A DNA stretch of 64,000 nucleotides from Macrostomum lignano (lineage: Eukaryota): the NCBI GenBank assembly GCA_002269645.1, contig NIVC01000868.1, positions 124,001-188,000 of the forward strand, given 5' to 3'. The position numbers and the translations under genes were made by a program. Below the pieces are notes generated by a model. It was not told the origin of the DNA. It did not search any database and was given only the letters and a program-made list of their open reading frames with translations. This document shows positions 1 through 13,300 of the stretch, one piece after another; the stretch's first letter is position 1, and every line of letters begins with the position of its first letter.

Positions 1-1297
1 GATTTGCTCCTCCTCCTGCTTCAGAGCAGCGGAGGTCGTGCAGGCCGGCAGCGTGGCGGCCGAGCTACACGAGGAGGCGGCGGAGCTGCGGTCGGGCAGG
101 CAGACGGTGACGGCGGAGTCGCCGGCGTGGCCGCTGTGGTACCAGCTGGCCTGGCGGAAGTCCGCCCGCAGCTCCGGCTGCTCATCGATGCAGGCCAGCA
201 GGCCCGAAAAGGATGAGCGCTGCTTCGGCTTCTGCGCCCAGCAGCGGGCCATGAGGTCAGCCAGGAACTCCGGGCAGTCCTCTGGCGGTTCCAGCGTCTT
301 GCCTGACTTCACCATGTTCAGCACCTCCTCGTTGCTGCGCCCGTTGAACGGCTGGGAAGCCAGGCTGGCGATCTCCCACAGCACCACGCCGTAGGACCAA
401 ACATCCGAGGCGGTGGTGAAGACGCCGTCCCGGAGCGACTCCGGCGCCATCCAGCGGACCGGCAGCGGCGCCTGACCCTCCTTCTTGTAGTAGTCCGAGT
501 AGTACACGTCCCGCGTCATACCGAAGTCTGCGGGCGGGTGGCAACTCTACATGTTGCAGCGGAGCCTGCTGTTGCTCCAGCCCTGATGCTTCAGCTGGCT
601 GCTGTTGCCCCACCCCTGATGCTTCAGCTGGCTGCTGTTGCCCCACCCCTGATGCTTCAGCTAGCTGCTGCTGCCCCACCCCTGATGCTTCAGCTGGCTG
701 CTGTTGCCCCACCCCTGATGCTTCAGCTGGCTGCTGTTGCCCCACCCCTGATGCTTTAGCTGGCTGCTGCTGCCCCACCCCTGATGCTTTAGCTGGCTGC
801 TGATGCCCCACGGCTCACCCGTTGCTCCAGCAGCAAAATCTCAAATCCCACACTGTCTGCAGGCTGAGGCTCACGGATATTATTTTAGACTCTAGCCCAA
901 GGCCCAGCTACCGCAGGCGACTTACCGCCTATCTTGACCGTAAAGGCGGCCGTGACCATGCAGTTCCTGGCTGCCAGGTCCCGGTGAATGTACTTTCTAG
1001 TCTCCAGGTAGTACATGCCGTCAGCGATCTGCGCGCACCACAGCACCAGCTGATCTCTGCTGTACATGGGCAGGACTGGCCCGTCCGTGTCCGGGCGCAT
1101 CTGGCGCAGACAAGTCTTGAGGTCGCCGTTCTCCATCAGCTCCATGAGCACCAGAATCGGCACGTTCTCCGACACCACGCCGATCAAGCGGACCACGTGG
1201 GCACACTGACGGAACTTCTTCATGTGGGTGGCCTCCTGCGAAGCGAGTTGATTCAATTTTGGCTTGGTGTTATAGACAGACAACTGGCTAAGCAGGA

Positions 1298-1382
<85 letters not shown>

Positions 1383-4300
1383 GGCAGAGACAGCCAGACT
1401 CTGACCTGCAGAAACTCGTGTCTCTCCCGCATGGTGGCCTTGTCGTTGACGCTCTTGACCGCCACAGGGACGTCCTCAGACTGGCGGATGTAGCGCGCAG
1501 CCGGGGTGTTCAGCGAGCGCACGAGGCCGCGGTAGACCCTGCCGAAGGAGCCGGTGCCGAGGCGATCGGCGGTGCTGTAGGTCACCTGGTCGCGGGGCAC
1601 CTCCCACTCGTCAGGCTCGTAGGTGTAGCTCCAGTAGTCTGGGTTCTCGTTGACCACCGTCTTCTCCCGGTTGATCCGGCGGTAGGTGACCCAGGCGATG
1701 ATAACCACCAAGGCGCCTAGCAACAGCATGGCAACCAGCAAAACCCCGGCAATCGCGTCTGCGGTGAGGCGGCCGGGGCGCCGGCGGACCCTCATGGGGA
1801 CCGGGAGGCTCCACCGACCAGGCTGGAACAGCGACACGGCCCGCACCCGCACCTGGTAGTCACCCTCCGGCACCGACTTCAGCAGGGTGCCGCCGATCAG
1901 CTGCTGCATGGACGCCGAACTGCTGCTGCCGTTGGCAGCCCCGGCCAAAGACTGGCGCTGCGCTGGCTGCCGCACCTGGTGCCGGTGCCCGCGGTTCAGC
2001 CACTCTTGAAAGGAGACGCAGTGGTACTGCCAGCTGCGGTGGCTGTCGGTCTTGTACTCCACATCGTAGTAGATCACTGCGCCATTCGGCGAGTCCGGCT
2101 GCCGCCACAGCAGCTGGAAGTCTGTTGAATAGCCCGACGGTGCAGGCACCGGCTCGGCGGACAGCGATCTGGCAGGGATTTCGTCGGCGTCAGGCAGCGC
2201 CAGGGTGCGGCGCATGATGCGAGCCGGGTTCGAGCACAGGTGCAGGGTGGTGCTGTACTGCGGGTGCTGGAACTCGTCCAGGCACGCTACCAGCTGCGGG
2301 GGGAGGAAAAAATGCCAGTACAGCACGGTTCTGTCATCTCACCAACCTTGATATCTCAGCCACCTGAACCAGCCCAATACTCCGCAATGCGGGAAGCACA
2401 CACCATCAGCTCATAGGAGGTGAAATGCCGCAGGTTGGTCACTGTGTACTGGGTGCCTCGCACCACCGTGTAGCCATCGGCCAGGCCGCGAGTGTCCTGC
2501 GGAGGCGCGATGGCCTCCACAATGTCTTCGTGGCACTTCAGCTCCGGGCAGTTCGTTTTCGGCGCTGTGGTGGGCGCAACGGTGGCTACCGGAGCCGGCG
2601 TGGCGTCCGCAGGATCGGGCAGCAGGGGGTCCAGCAGGGCCGAGGGCGAGGCCAGGCGGGACTCCGTGCCCACGGGAAATGATAGCAGCGAAGAGGCGTT
2701 GCGGCGGCCGAATCGAAAGCGGCGAGTCGCGTTACGATGCAGAATTCGCATGGAGTCTGACTCGGGCCTGCGGGTGGGCGGGCGGAGCTCGGCTCTGGGT
2801 GGGGATGCTTTGGATAGAAGGGGATGGCTAGAAGGGCAATCGGGTAGAAGCGGCGGTAACGTTGTAGGTGAAAGCATGATAAGGTTCATGCTGTTGGAAT
2901 GCAAATAAAGTTTTCCTATGGTTAAGCAGACACGAGTTGCCAGGAAGCAAACACGGTAATTCTCTCGGATGCATGGCTGCGGAATGGCAGAAAGACTAAA
3001 AGTGCATTTGCACCAGTGCGTCCGCACCCAGACAGCCAGCAGGCTTGCACAATTAGGGGCAGCAGAGATAGCCGCAAGCTCGAGTTTTTTCATTGGCTGC
3101 ATTAATTAGTCTGTGCGAAAGTCTGTCAGGCAGGAAGAGCCAGGCTTAAAAATAGCGTTAGATGACATCCGTAGATGTGAAAAAGGAAGTCAGAATTTTG
3201 GGACGACCCAAGCGTCAGGATAATCAGCGTGTTCAGGATAGCCAGGGTGTCATGATGGCCAGGGTGTCAGGATGGTCAGGATGGCCAGAGTTTCATGATG
3301 GCCAGGGTGTCAGGATGGTCAGGATGGCCAGAGTTTCAAGATGGTCAGGGTGTCAGGATAGCCAGGGTGTCATGATGGCCAGGGTGTCAGGATGGTCAGG
3401 ATGGCCTGGGTGTCAGGATGGCCAGGGTGTCAAGATGGTCAGGGTGTCAGGATAGCCAGGGTGTCAGGATAGCCAGGGTGTCAGGATAGCCAGGGTGTCA
3501 TGATGGCCAGGGTGTCAGGATGGCCTGGGTGTCAGAATGGTTAGGGTGTCAGGATAGCCAGGGTGTCATGATGGCCAGGGTGTCAGGATGGTCAGGATGG
3601 CCTGGGTGTCAGAATGGTCAGGGTGTCAGGATAGCCAGGGTGTCAGGATAGCCAGGGTGTCAGGATAGCCAGGGTGTCAGGATGGTCAGGGTGTCAGAAT
3701 GGTCAGGGTGTCAGGATGGTCAGGATGGCCTGGGTGTCAGAATGGTTAGGGTGTCAGGATAGCCAGGGTGTCATGATGGCCAGGGTGTCAGGATGGTCAG
3801 GATGGCCTGGGTGTCAGAATGGTCAGGGTGTCAGGATAGCCAGGGTGTCAGGATAGCCAGGGTGTCAGGATGGTCAGGGTGTCAGAATGGTCAGGGTGTC
3901 AGGATAGCCAGGGTGTCAGGATAGCCAGGGTGTCAGGATGGTCAGGGTGTCAGAATGGTCAGGGTGTCAGGATGGCCAGGGTGTTCAGGATAGCCAGGGT
4001 GTCATGATGGCCAGGGTGTCAGGATGGTCAGGATGGCCAGGGTGTCAGGATGGTCAGGGTGTCAGAATGGTCAGGGTGTCAGGATAGCCAGGGTGTCAGG
4101 ATAGCCAGGGTGTCAGGATGGTCAGGGTGTCAGAATGGTCAGGGTGTCAGGATGGTTAGGATAGCCAGGGTGTCAGAATGATCAGGGTGTCAGAATGGTC
4201 AGGGTGTCAGGATAGCCAGGGTGTCAGGATAGCCAGGGTGTCAGGATAGCCAGGGTGTCAGGATGGTCAGGGTGTCAGAATGGTCAGGGTGTCAGGATGG

Positions 4301-7300
4301 TTAGGATAGCCAGGGTGTCAGAATGATCAGGGTGTCAGGATGGCCAGGGTGTTCAGGATAGCCAGGGTGTCATGATGGCCAGGGTGTCAGGATGGTCAGG
4401 ATGGCCAGGGTGTCATGATGGCCAGGGTGTCAGGATGGTCAGGATGGCCAGGGTGTCAGGATGGTCGGGGTGTCAGGATTGTCAGTAAGGGCGTCAGTGA
4501 AGTTTCCATTAACTGATTGATATATAGAAAATATGCCGAATATGGGCATTGGGGGGGTTCCTATCGCACGTGAATTCGATGGGAATTACTTTCTCAAGTA
4601 CTCCGTACCCTCTGTCTAACTGAAAACCCCGTGGGCTCCTCTTTCCCGCTCCGCCCGTCCCCGCAGCCCGCGCGAGCTCGAGCTGTCCGTGGATGGTCGG
4701 GCAGGCAGCGCACTGCAGGCTCAGGAAGTCAGAGGAAGCCCCCAAGGGAAAGCCATGCGAGTAGTTGCAAAGCTTATAATTGAGATGCTTTCACTTCAAA
4801 CAGCTGCCCGAGCTTTAATCTCTGCTAGCGGAGTGCATTTTCAAACTGAATTTGTGAGCTAAAATTATCCAAACAAAAAGAGCTCCGGCTTAAATCTGCG
4901 AGCTCGGCAGTCGGCGGCATCTTGCCTTTTGTAACCCGAAACTAACTTAAACAGCAGGACTCAAACAGCCAGCAGTATTCACACAGCTAACAGCACTCTG
5001 TAAGCACTCACACAGATAACAGCTCTCTGTAAGCACACACAGCTAACAGCTCTCTGTAAGCACTCACACAGATAACAGCTCTCTGTAAGCACTCACAGCT
5101 AACAGCTCTCTGTAAGCACTCACACAGATAACAGCTCTCTGTAAGCACTCACACAGCTAACAGCTCTCTGTAAGCACTCACACAGCTAACAGCTCTCTGT
5201 AAGCACTCACACAGCTAACAGCTCTCTGTAAGCACTCACACAGCTAACAGCTCTCTGTAAGCACTCACACAGCTAACAGCTCTCTGTAAGCACTCACACA
5301 GCTAACAGCTCTCTGTAAGCACTCACACAGCTAACAGCTCTCTGTAAGCACTCACACAGCTAACAGCTCTCTGTAAGCACTCACACAGCTAACAGCTCTC
5401 TGTAAGCACTCACACAGCTAACAGCTCTCTGTAAGCACTCACAGCTAAAAGCTGTCTGTAAGCACTCACAGCTAACAGCTCTCTGTAAGCACTTACACAG
5501 CTAACAGCACTCTGTAAGCACTCACAGCTAACAGCTCTCTGTAAGCACTCCTACAGCTAACAGCACTCTGTAAGCATTCACACAGCTAACAGCACTCTGT
5601 AAGCACTCACAGCTAACAGCTCTCTGTAAGCACTCACAGCTAACAGCACTCTGTAAGCACTCACAGCTAAAAGCTCTCTGTAAGCACTCACAGCTAACAG
5701 CACTCTGTAAGCACTCACACTGCTAGAAGTTCTACTGTCAGCATTCACACAGCTGGCTAAAACGTAGACAGACTCATTGCCACAAAGAGAGCAGAAAAAT
5801 GGCTGCTTGCTGCTACGAGTACCTGAAATACGGCACATTAAAAGTAAGCCCTCACCTCCTCCGAAACATGATGCGCAGCAGGGTGTCTTCAAAGTAGATG
5901 ATCTTCTCCCGCCGCTTCAGGTCCGGCCGCTGCTCGCACTGGCAGTGGCGCCGGCAGGACAGGCTGGAGTTGGCCGGGAAGCTCCGACCGCCGCCGCTGC
6001 TGCCACTGCGGCCATCGGGCTCCAGCAACTGCGAGTCGCCCTTGTTGAGCAGCGGCAGCTTAGCTGAGACCAGCAAATCCAGCGGGCCGCGCCGCTTCTC
6101 CTCGCAGTAGTCTTTAAGCGCGTAGTTGGCCTGCTTGGACTGGATCTCCTTCACCCACAGCAGGTAGTGAGTCACCCGCCCATTCGGCACCAGCGGCGGC
6201 CGCCACTCCAGCCGAATCTCGTCGCTGGCTGCCGCCTTGCCGTCGAACTGGTGAGGCGGCGACGGCTGGGTCGGCAGCGTCTCTACGTAGATGATGCGGC
6301 TCTTGCTGCCGTACTCCTGCTGCCGCTCCAGCAGTATCTGCGGCATCACGAAGAGAGCGTAGCGGCTGGCCGGCCGGAGATCCTGGGGAGAGAGGGGACA
6401 AATCAGCTGCTGATCCGCCTGTCTGTCTGTCTGTCTCCCTGTCAGCCTGTCTGTCTGTCTGTCTGTCTCCCTGTCAGCCTGTCTGTCTCCCTGTCTCCCT
6501 GTCAGCCTGTCTGTTTGTCTGTCTGTCTCCCTGTCAGCCTGTCTGTCTGTCTGTATGTCTCCCTGTCAGCCTGTCTGTCTCCCTGTCTCCCTGTTAGCCT
6601 GTCTGTCTGTCTGTCTCCCTGTCAGCCTGCCTGTCTCCCTGTCAGCCTGCCTGTCTCCCTGTCAGCCTGTCTGTCTGTCTGTCTCCCTGTCAGCCTGTCT
6701 GTCTGTCTGTCTCCCTGTCAGCCTGCCTGTCTCCCTGTCAGCCTGTCTGTCTGTCTGTCTCCCTGTCAGCCTGTCTGTCTGTCTGTCTGTCTGTCAGCCT
6801 GTCTGCCTGCTGCCCATGCACCCGTGCAGTGTATTATGGCTTTTTGCAGCCCACTTGCTACTGTGCCAGCCTTGCTACCACAGACAAAAGCTCCATTACT
6901 TTGGCAAACATATCTTGATAAGATTATCTACTACTATAGCACTAACTACTCCCACTTCTGCACCCGTACAATCGCATAGCAATAATCAAATTTCTTTTTG
7001 CATGACTTTTTAACTCCTTGTTAGTCAGTCGTCCTGTCCTCTGTTTAATCATGTTTTATTTCAATTTCCACTGCCTCTGCATTTTAATTCATTTTCCGTG
7101 CTGTTCCACCCCGTCTCTTCCGTTTGCAGCCTCTGAAATCCCCGCCTGCTGCAACTGAAAATTCCCTTCATCAAACCCATTCGGGAATTCCTCACACGCA
7201 ATGTCTACCGACACCTCAGGGCTGGAGTTTCAAACCCGAATTCAATTATCGAACTGTCGCCTGCGCGCGACCGCTGCCGCCCCTGGCCCAGCTCAGCCAA

Positions 7301-10300
7301 TTTATTAGCTGTCGGAAGAATATCGCTGCAAAATAACTCTGACTATCCGACTGACTCTGACTAACTGACTGACATCTGGCTGACTGACTGACTGACTCAC
7401 TGACCTCTGGCTGACTGACTCACTGACTCACTGACCTCTGGCTGACTGACTCACTGACTCACTGACCTCTGGCTGACTGACTCACTGACCTCTGGCTGAC
7501 TGACTGACTGACTCACTGACCTCTGGCTGACTGACTCACTGACCTCTGGCTGACTGACTCACTGACCTCTGGCTGACTGACTCACTGACCTCTGGCTGAC
7601 TGACTCACTGACCTCTGGCTGACTCACTGACTAACTCAGACATCTGGCTGACTGACTCACTGACCTCTGGCTGACTCACTGACTAACTCAGACATCTGGC
7701 TGACTAACTCACTGACCTCTGACTGACTAACTCACTGACTGACTGACTGATTAACTGACTAAGTCACTGACTACCTGGCTGACTGACTCTTCCTCACTAT
7801 CTAACTAAATAACTCAATTATTCAACTTATTACTCAAGGAGTATTATTACTCAAGTTACTCACTCAAAGCCAACCATTCATCACTCACATGCACATATTT
7901 CTGACACTGCCGCTTCCCCAGCTGGTTCTGACAGTCCCCGATGCACTGCGAGCAGTTCTGCAGATGACAGGAGTTGGGCAGCGGCTTGGGCGGCGGCCCC
8001 TTGCCGGTGGGGTCCGGCTCCGGCTTGTTCAGCGAATAGACGTTGTCGCAGGGCGAGAAGGTCGTCTGCCACTGCCGGATCTCGCAGGTGGACGGGTCCG
8101 CGTACTGAACGGTCTCGTCCGGGCCGACCAGGCGGTAGTAAATGGAGTAGCCCAGCACGTAGCGCTGGTCGCTGACCACCAGGTCCGGCCAATGCAGGAT
8201 GACCCCGCTGGCCGAGACCAGCCCCACCACGATGTCGAAGGTGCGGTTGATGCAGTAGGCAAGGTCTCCGTTGGTCTTCGGGGACAGGTCCTCGAGCTCG
8301 TTCACCTGGGCAGGGCAGAACAAGCATTTTGTTCACGTGGGCCAATAAATTATCCTTGGGAACAGGTCTTTGTTCACCTGGGCCAATCAACTATCACTGG
8401 GAACAGATCTTTGTTCACCCGGGTCATTCAAATATCACTGGGAACAGATCTTTGTTCACCCAGGTCATTCAAATATCACTGGGAACAGATCTTTGTTCAC
8501 CCGGGTCAATCAAATATCACTGGGAACAGATCTTTGTTCACCCCGGCCATTCAACTATCACTGGGAACAGATCTTTGTTCACCCCGGCCATTCAACTATC
8601 ACTGGGAACAGATCTTTGTTCACCCGGGTCAATCAACTATCACTGGAAACAGATCTTTGTTCACCCGGGCCTGGCAAGAAACATTAAGAACAGGTGATTA
8701 GACACAGCGAAGACCCAGACCAACCTTCTCGGCCACGTCCAGAGTCTCATTAACGAAGGTTTGAATCCGGTTGTAGCAGAGGCGGCGGTTCATGTAGAAC
8801 TGCACCTTGCCGCGGGGCACGCTGACCCGCCTGCCGCCGGTTGTGTTCCACAAGCTCTGCAGGAAGTCTGTGTGCTCAATCTTGATGGTGGGCCTGCAAG
8901 AGAAGCAATGGGGATGGAGAGGAGAGACTGCAAGCGAACAAGAAAAAGGTTGGACAGGCAAGGGGCTCAGCTGAGCCTTGGAGCAGCAATCTCGCTAATC
9001 AAAAGAAGCAAGGCCGTGTCTGCTCGTGATTAGCGCGAAGCGGATTCTGCAGTTCTAAACAACGGCGAAGATGGGGAGGGCAGACAACGCGGGGCATTCC
9101 AAAAATTGCCCGCAGCTGCAATGGGCCGGCAGGGACACAAGAACGAGCTGCTTTGACGGCCGGCTAATTGGCCTTGCTGTGGAAAGGCGGCTTTAGCTGG
9201 GCAGCTCAAAATACGCTCGTACTTGCTCTGCTCTTCCTTGGCCTGGCACACTGCGCCTCACCTGCTAGTCTGTCTGCTTACCTGGCCGCTCTGGTGGCAT
9301 CGTCAACAACATGCTTGCCGTGCACAACCCGCAGGTTGGCCAAGAAGGACAGAGAGGTCAGGTCCCTGGAGTTTGTCACCAGCAGGAACTCTTCGATCTC
9401 CGTCAGGTTGCGGAAATTCTCCTCCAGCTTGCGCTCCAGATCGGCTGCAAATGGATGAGATTGGAGATGACTTTGGTGAAATTGGAGATGACTTGGGTGA
9501 GATTGAAGATGGCTTGGGTGAGATTGAAGATGGCTTGGGTAAAATTGGAGATGGCTTGGGTGAGACTGGAGATGGCTTGGGTGAGATTGGAGATGGCTTG
9601 GGTAAAATTGGAGATGGCTTGGGTGAGATTGGAGATGGCTTGGGTAAAATTGGAGATGGCTTGGGTGAGATTTCAGATGGCTTGGGTAAAATTGGAGATG
9701 GCTTTGGTGAGACTGGAGATGACTTGGGGGAGATTGGAGATGGCATTGGTGAGATTCGAGATGGCTTTGGTGAGATTCGAGATGGCTTTGGTGAGATTCG
9801 AGATGGCTTGGGTGAGATTGGAGATGGCTTTGGTGAGACTGGAGATGGCTTGGGTGAGATTGGAGATGGCTTGGGTAAAATTGGAGATGGCTTTGGTGAG
9901 ACTGGAGATGACTTGGGTGAGATTGTAGATGGCTTGGGTGGGATTGGAGATGGCTTAATTGGATGAATCTGGTGATCAGTAGTGAGCTGATGCATGGTAG
10001 GATAGATCTGTGAATTGGGTGTCATGTGACTGGAACCAACAAGTACAGCCTGGCATTGGAAACAGCAGCGGCTTAAGAGATAAGCAGAAGGCAGAAACAG
10101 TAAATCAGTAAATCAGTAAATCCGTCTTGGCAGAAAAATAAAGAGCAGGCCAAAGATTGCAAAGATAAGACCAGTTATTGAAGACGATAGCTTTAGAAAA
10201 GCAATCTGCGATCTCCCCTTGGCCCCAATCCATTTTGACAGAGCTGGCAGATCACGCGATTTCAGGCGCCCCCGAGGCTGATGTGGGGCCGACATGGCTG

Positions 10301-13300
10301 ATGGGATAACAGCCGAGAGTCCCTGGGAAAACAGGGGGAAGAGGAGTGGGCCGACACAAAGAGGAAATAAAGGCTGACAGAAAAAGCGGATTGACTCGGT
10401 GAAAAATCAGGAAATTCCCATCGGAGCTTTTCTGTTTTTTAACTCAACACTCGGCAATACAGAAGCAGCAAAGGCTGCCCGAGAGCGGATTCGGCAGACA
10501 AAGAACTGCTGCTTTCAGCCAGCGTTTTGAATGAGCCTCCGTCGGAGGAGGGCGAGATACACAGATCAGCTGCTGCACCGGGAGGGAAACAGTGAAAAAT
10601 AACAGCGAATGGGAAACATGGGATATTCTTGGATGGGGCGGGGATTCATTGATAAGGAAATAATGTGGAGATTCATGGATGGCGGAGGTCCACGGATGAG
10701 GAGATTCATAGATGGGGGAGATTCATGGATGGGAGATTCATGGATGGGGGAGATTCGTGGATGGGGGATTCATGGATGGGGAAATTCATGGATGGGGGAA
10801 ATTCATGGATGGGGGAGATTCATAGATGAGAGAATTCATGGATGGGGGATTCATGTATGGGGAGATTCATGGATGGTGAGATTCGTGGATGGGGGATTCA
10901 TGGATGGGGGAAATTCATGGATGGGGGAGATTCATGGATGGGGGATATTCATGGATGGGGGGAGATTCATAGATGAGAGAATTCATGGATGGGGGAGGTC
11001 CACGGATGAGGAGATTCATAGATGGGGGCGATTCATGGATGGGAGATTCATGGATGGGGGAGATTCGTGGATGGGGGATTCATGGATGGGGGAAATTCAT
11101 GGATGGGGGAAATTCATGGATGGGGGATATTCATGGATGGGGGATTCATGTATGGGGGAGATTCATGGATGGTGAGATTCGTGGATGGGGGATTCATGGA
11201 TGGGGGATTCATGGATGGGGGAAATTCATGGATGGGGGAGATTCATGGATGGGGGATATTCATGGATGGGGGAGATTCATAGATGAGAGAATTCATGGAT
11301 GGGGGAGGTCCACGGATGAGGAGATTCATAGATGGGGGCGATTCATGGATGGGAGATTCATGGATGGGGGAGATTCGTGGATGGGGGATTCATGGATGGG
11401 GGAAATTCATGGATGGGGGAAATTCATGGATGGGGGATATTCATGGATGGGGGGAGATTCATAGATGAGAGAATTCATGGATGGGGGATTCATGGATGGG
11501 GGAGATTCATGGATGGGGGAGATTCGTGGATGGGGGATTCATGGATGGGGAAATTCATGGATGGGGGGAGATTCATGGATGGGGGATATTCATGGATGGG
11601 GGGAGATTCATAGATGAGAGAATTCATGGATGGGGGATTCATGGATGGGGGAGATTCATGGATGGGGGAGATTCATGGATGAGGGAGATTCATGGATGGG
11701 GGAGATTCATGGATGGGGGAGATTCATGGATGGGGGATTCATGGATGGGGAAGATTCATGGATGGGGGATTCATGGATGGGGGAGATTCATGGATGGGGG
11801 AGATTCATGGATGGGGGATTCATGGATGGGGGAGATTCATGGATGGGGGAGATTCATGGATGGGGGAGATTCATGGATGGGGGAGATTTATGAATGGGGG
11901 AGATTCATGGATGGGGGATTCATGGATGGGGGAGATTCATGGATGGGGGAGATTCATGGATGGGGGATTCATGGATGGGGGAGATTCATGGATGGGGGAG
12001 ATTCATGGATGGGGGAGATTCATGGATGGGGGATATTCATGGATGGGGGGAGATTCATAGATGAGAGAATTCATGGATGGGGGATTCATGGATGGGGGAG
12101 ATTCATGGATGGGAGAGATTCATGGATGGGGGAGATTCATGGATGGGGGATTCATGGATGGGGAGATTCATGGATGGGGGAGATTTATGGATGGGGAGAT
12201 TCATGGATGGGGGAGATTTATGGATGGGGGGAGATTCATAGATAAGAGTATTCATGGATGGGAAGATTCATGGATGGGAGATTCATGGATGGGGGAGATT
12301 CATGGATGGGAAATTCATGGATGGGAGATTAATAGATGAGAGAATTCACGGATGGGAAGATTCATGGATGGGAGATTCATGGATGGGGAGATTCATGGAT
12401 GGGGAGATTCATGGATGGGGGAGATTTATGGATGGGGGGAGATTCATAGATGAGAGAATTAATGGATGGGGAATTCATGGATGGGGGATTCATGGATGGG
12501 GGGATTCATGGATGGGAAGATTCATGGATGGGGGAGATTCATGGATGGGGGATATTCATGGATAGGGGAGATTCATGGATGGGGGATATTCATGGATGGG
12601 GGAGATTCATAGATGAGAGAATTCATGGATGGGGGATTCATGGATGGGGAAGATTCATGGATGGGGGAGATTCATGGATGGGGGATATTCATGGATGGGG
12701 GATATTCATGGATGGGGGATTCATGGTTGGGGAGATTCATGGATGGGGAGATTTATGGATGGGGGAGATTCTTAGATAAGAGTATTCATGGATGGGAAGA
12801 TTCATGGATGGGAGATTCATGGATGAGAGAATTCACGGATGGGAAGATTCATGGATGGGCAGACTTGAGTTGAGGAGCAGTACAGAATGGTGCAGGAACC
12901 AGAGATGAGCTCACGAATATTGTCGGACAGGGAGATGATGAGCTGCCCGATGCTGGTGCAGCCCTTCACAGCCTCCAAGTCCTCGATGGAGTGCACCAGC
13001 AGGCCCTCGCAGTATCGGGTGCAGTTGGCCTTGTCCACGCACTTCACGCAGGTGTGGTTGCTGCTGATCTCGTAACCAAGCGGGCAGGTCTCAACGCAGG
13101 TTCCGTTGAAGAGTTTCATGGCGGTGCCGCGCGAGGACCGGAAGCTGCTCTTGGCGATGGCATTCTTTGAGGAGTAGCGGCGGCTGAGGCAGTCGGCGTG
13201 GCTGATGCACATCCAGTTTTGGTGAGAAACGTGGCTGGCGGGGCAGCGGTCCACGCAACGGCCGTCCAGCAGGAGGTGCCGGCAAGCGATGCAGTCGGCG

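Noticed and set aside
4509-4745. GC-rich ORF in INSR intron 7 as an additional exon
   Set aside because: Flanking exons join in phase without it and it has no receptor-like motifs
10609-12873. Gly/Trp-rich ORFs (MDGGDSW...)
   Set aside because: Minisatellite translations inside INSR intron 3, antisense to the gene
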